Of a stretch of 64,000 nucleotides of DNA, positions 63,884-64,000 are shown piece by piece (position 1 is the stretch's first letter; each line of letters begins with the position of its first letter). The notes beneath the pieces were generated by a model, which saw nothing but the letters and a program-made list of their open reading frames with translations, was not told where the DNA came from and made no database searches. This stretch comes from Felis catus (lineage: Eukaryota): positions 34,722,001 through 34,786,000 of the forward strand of contig NC_058368.1 of assembly GCF_018350175.1 (NCBI RefSeq), written 5' to 3'. A program made the position numbers and the translations under genes.

Positions 63884-64000
63884 GGGGCGCCTGGGTGGCG
63901 CAGTCGGTTAAGCGTCCGACTTCAGCCAGGTCACGATCTCGCGGTCCGTGAGTTCGAGCCCCGCGTCGGGCTCTGGGCTGATGGCTCAGAGCCTGGAGCC
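63884..64000 (+). mobile_element. Very young cat-type CAN-SINE, cut by the window end
   Basis: 2 mismatches in 117 nt versus the copy at 30348. Confidence 0.98.

Noticed and set aside
1..64000. CRISPR arrays, operons, intact tRNA genes or CpG-island promoters
   Set aside because: None seen. The recurring ~200-bp repeats are dispersed SINEs with TSDs, the tRNA-like heads are SINE parts, and CpG clusters are confined to young SINEs.

Overview
AT-rich, gene-poor mammalian genomic DNA, almost certainly from a felid: it carries about 20 carnivore tRNA-derived CAN-SINEs, several of the young, CpG-intact cat type. I can support no protein-coding gene, operon, CRISPR array or functional RNA gene. 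The ORF track reads through SINEs, microsatellites and decayed LINE frames, or is chance ORFs. The window is a layered transposon record: ancient MamSINE1/MIR/L2/L3(CR1) pieces, hAT MITEs (MER20, MER58A-like), MaLR/ERVL solo LTRs, several L1s, and SINEs with clear target-site duplications (TSDs). The L1s include a ~3.2 kb RT-to-3'UTR copy and a 5'-intact copy from ~59.2 kb that runs off the window. The most noteworthy items are: a 33-nt tailless U2 snRNA retropseudogene (39653-39685); a SINE whose TSD pair also encloses 54 nt of non-SINE sequence (23980-24182); a probable twin-primed, 5'-inverted L1 with nested insertions (47449-49960); a four-unit ~255-bp tandem array in an L1 5'UTR (59645-60680); and repeat-poor stretches with clustered transcription-factor motifs that may be enhancers. 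I found no evidence of a genuinely new biological system. Family names are from recalled consensus sequences, not a search, and boundaries of old repeats are approximate.
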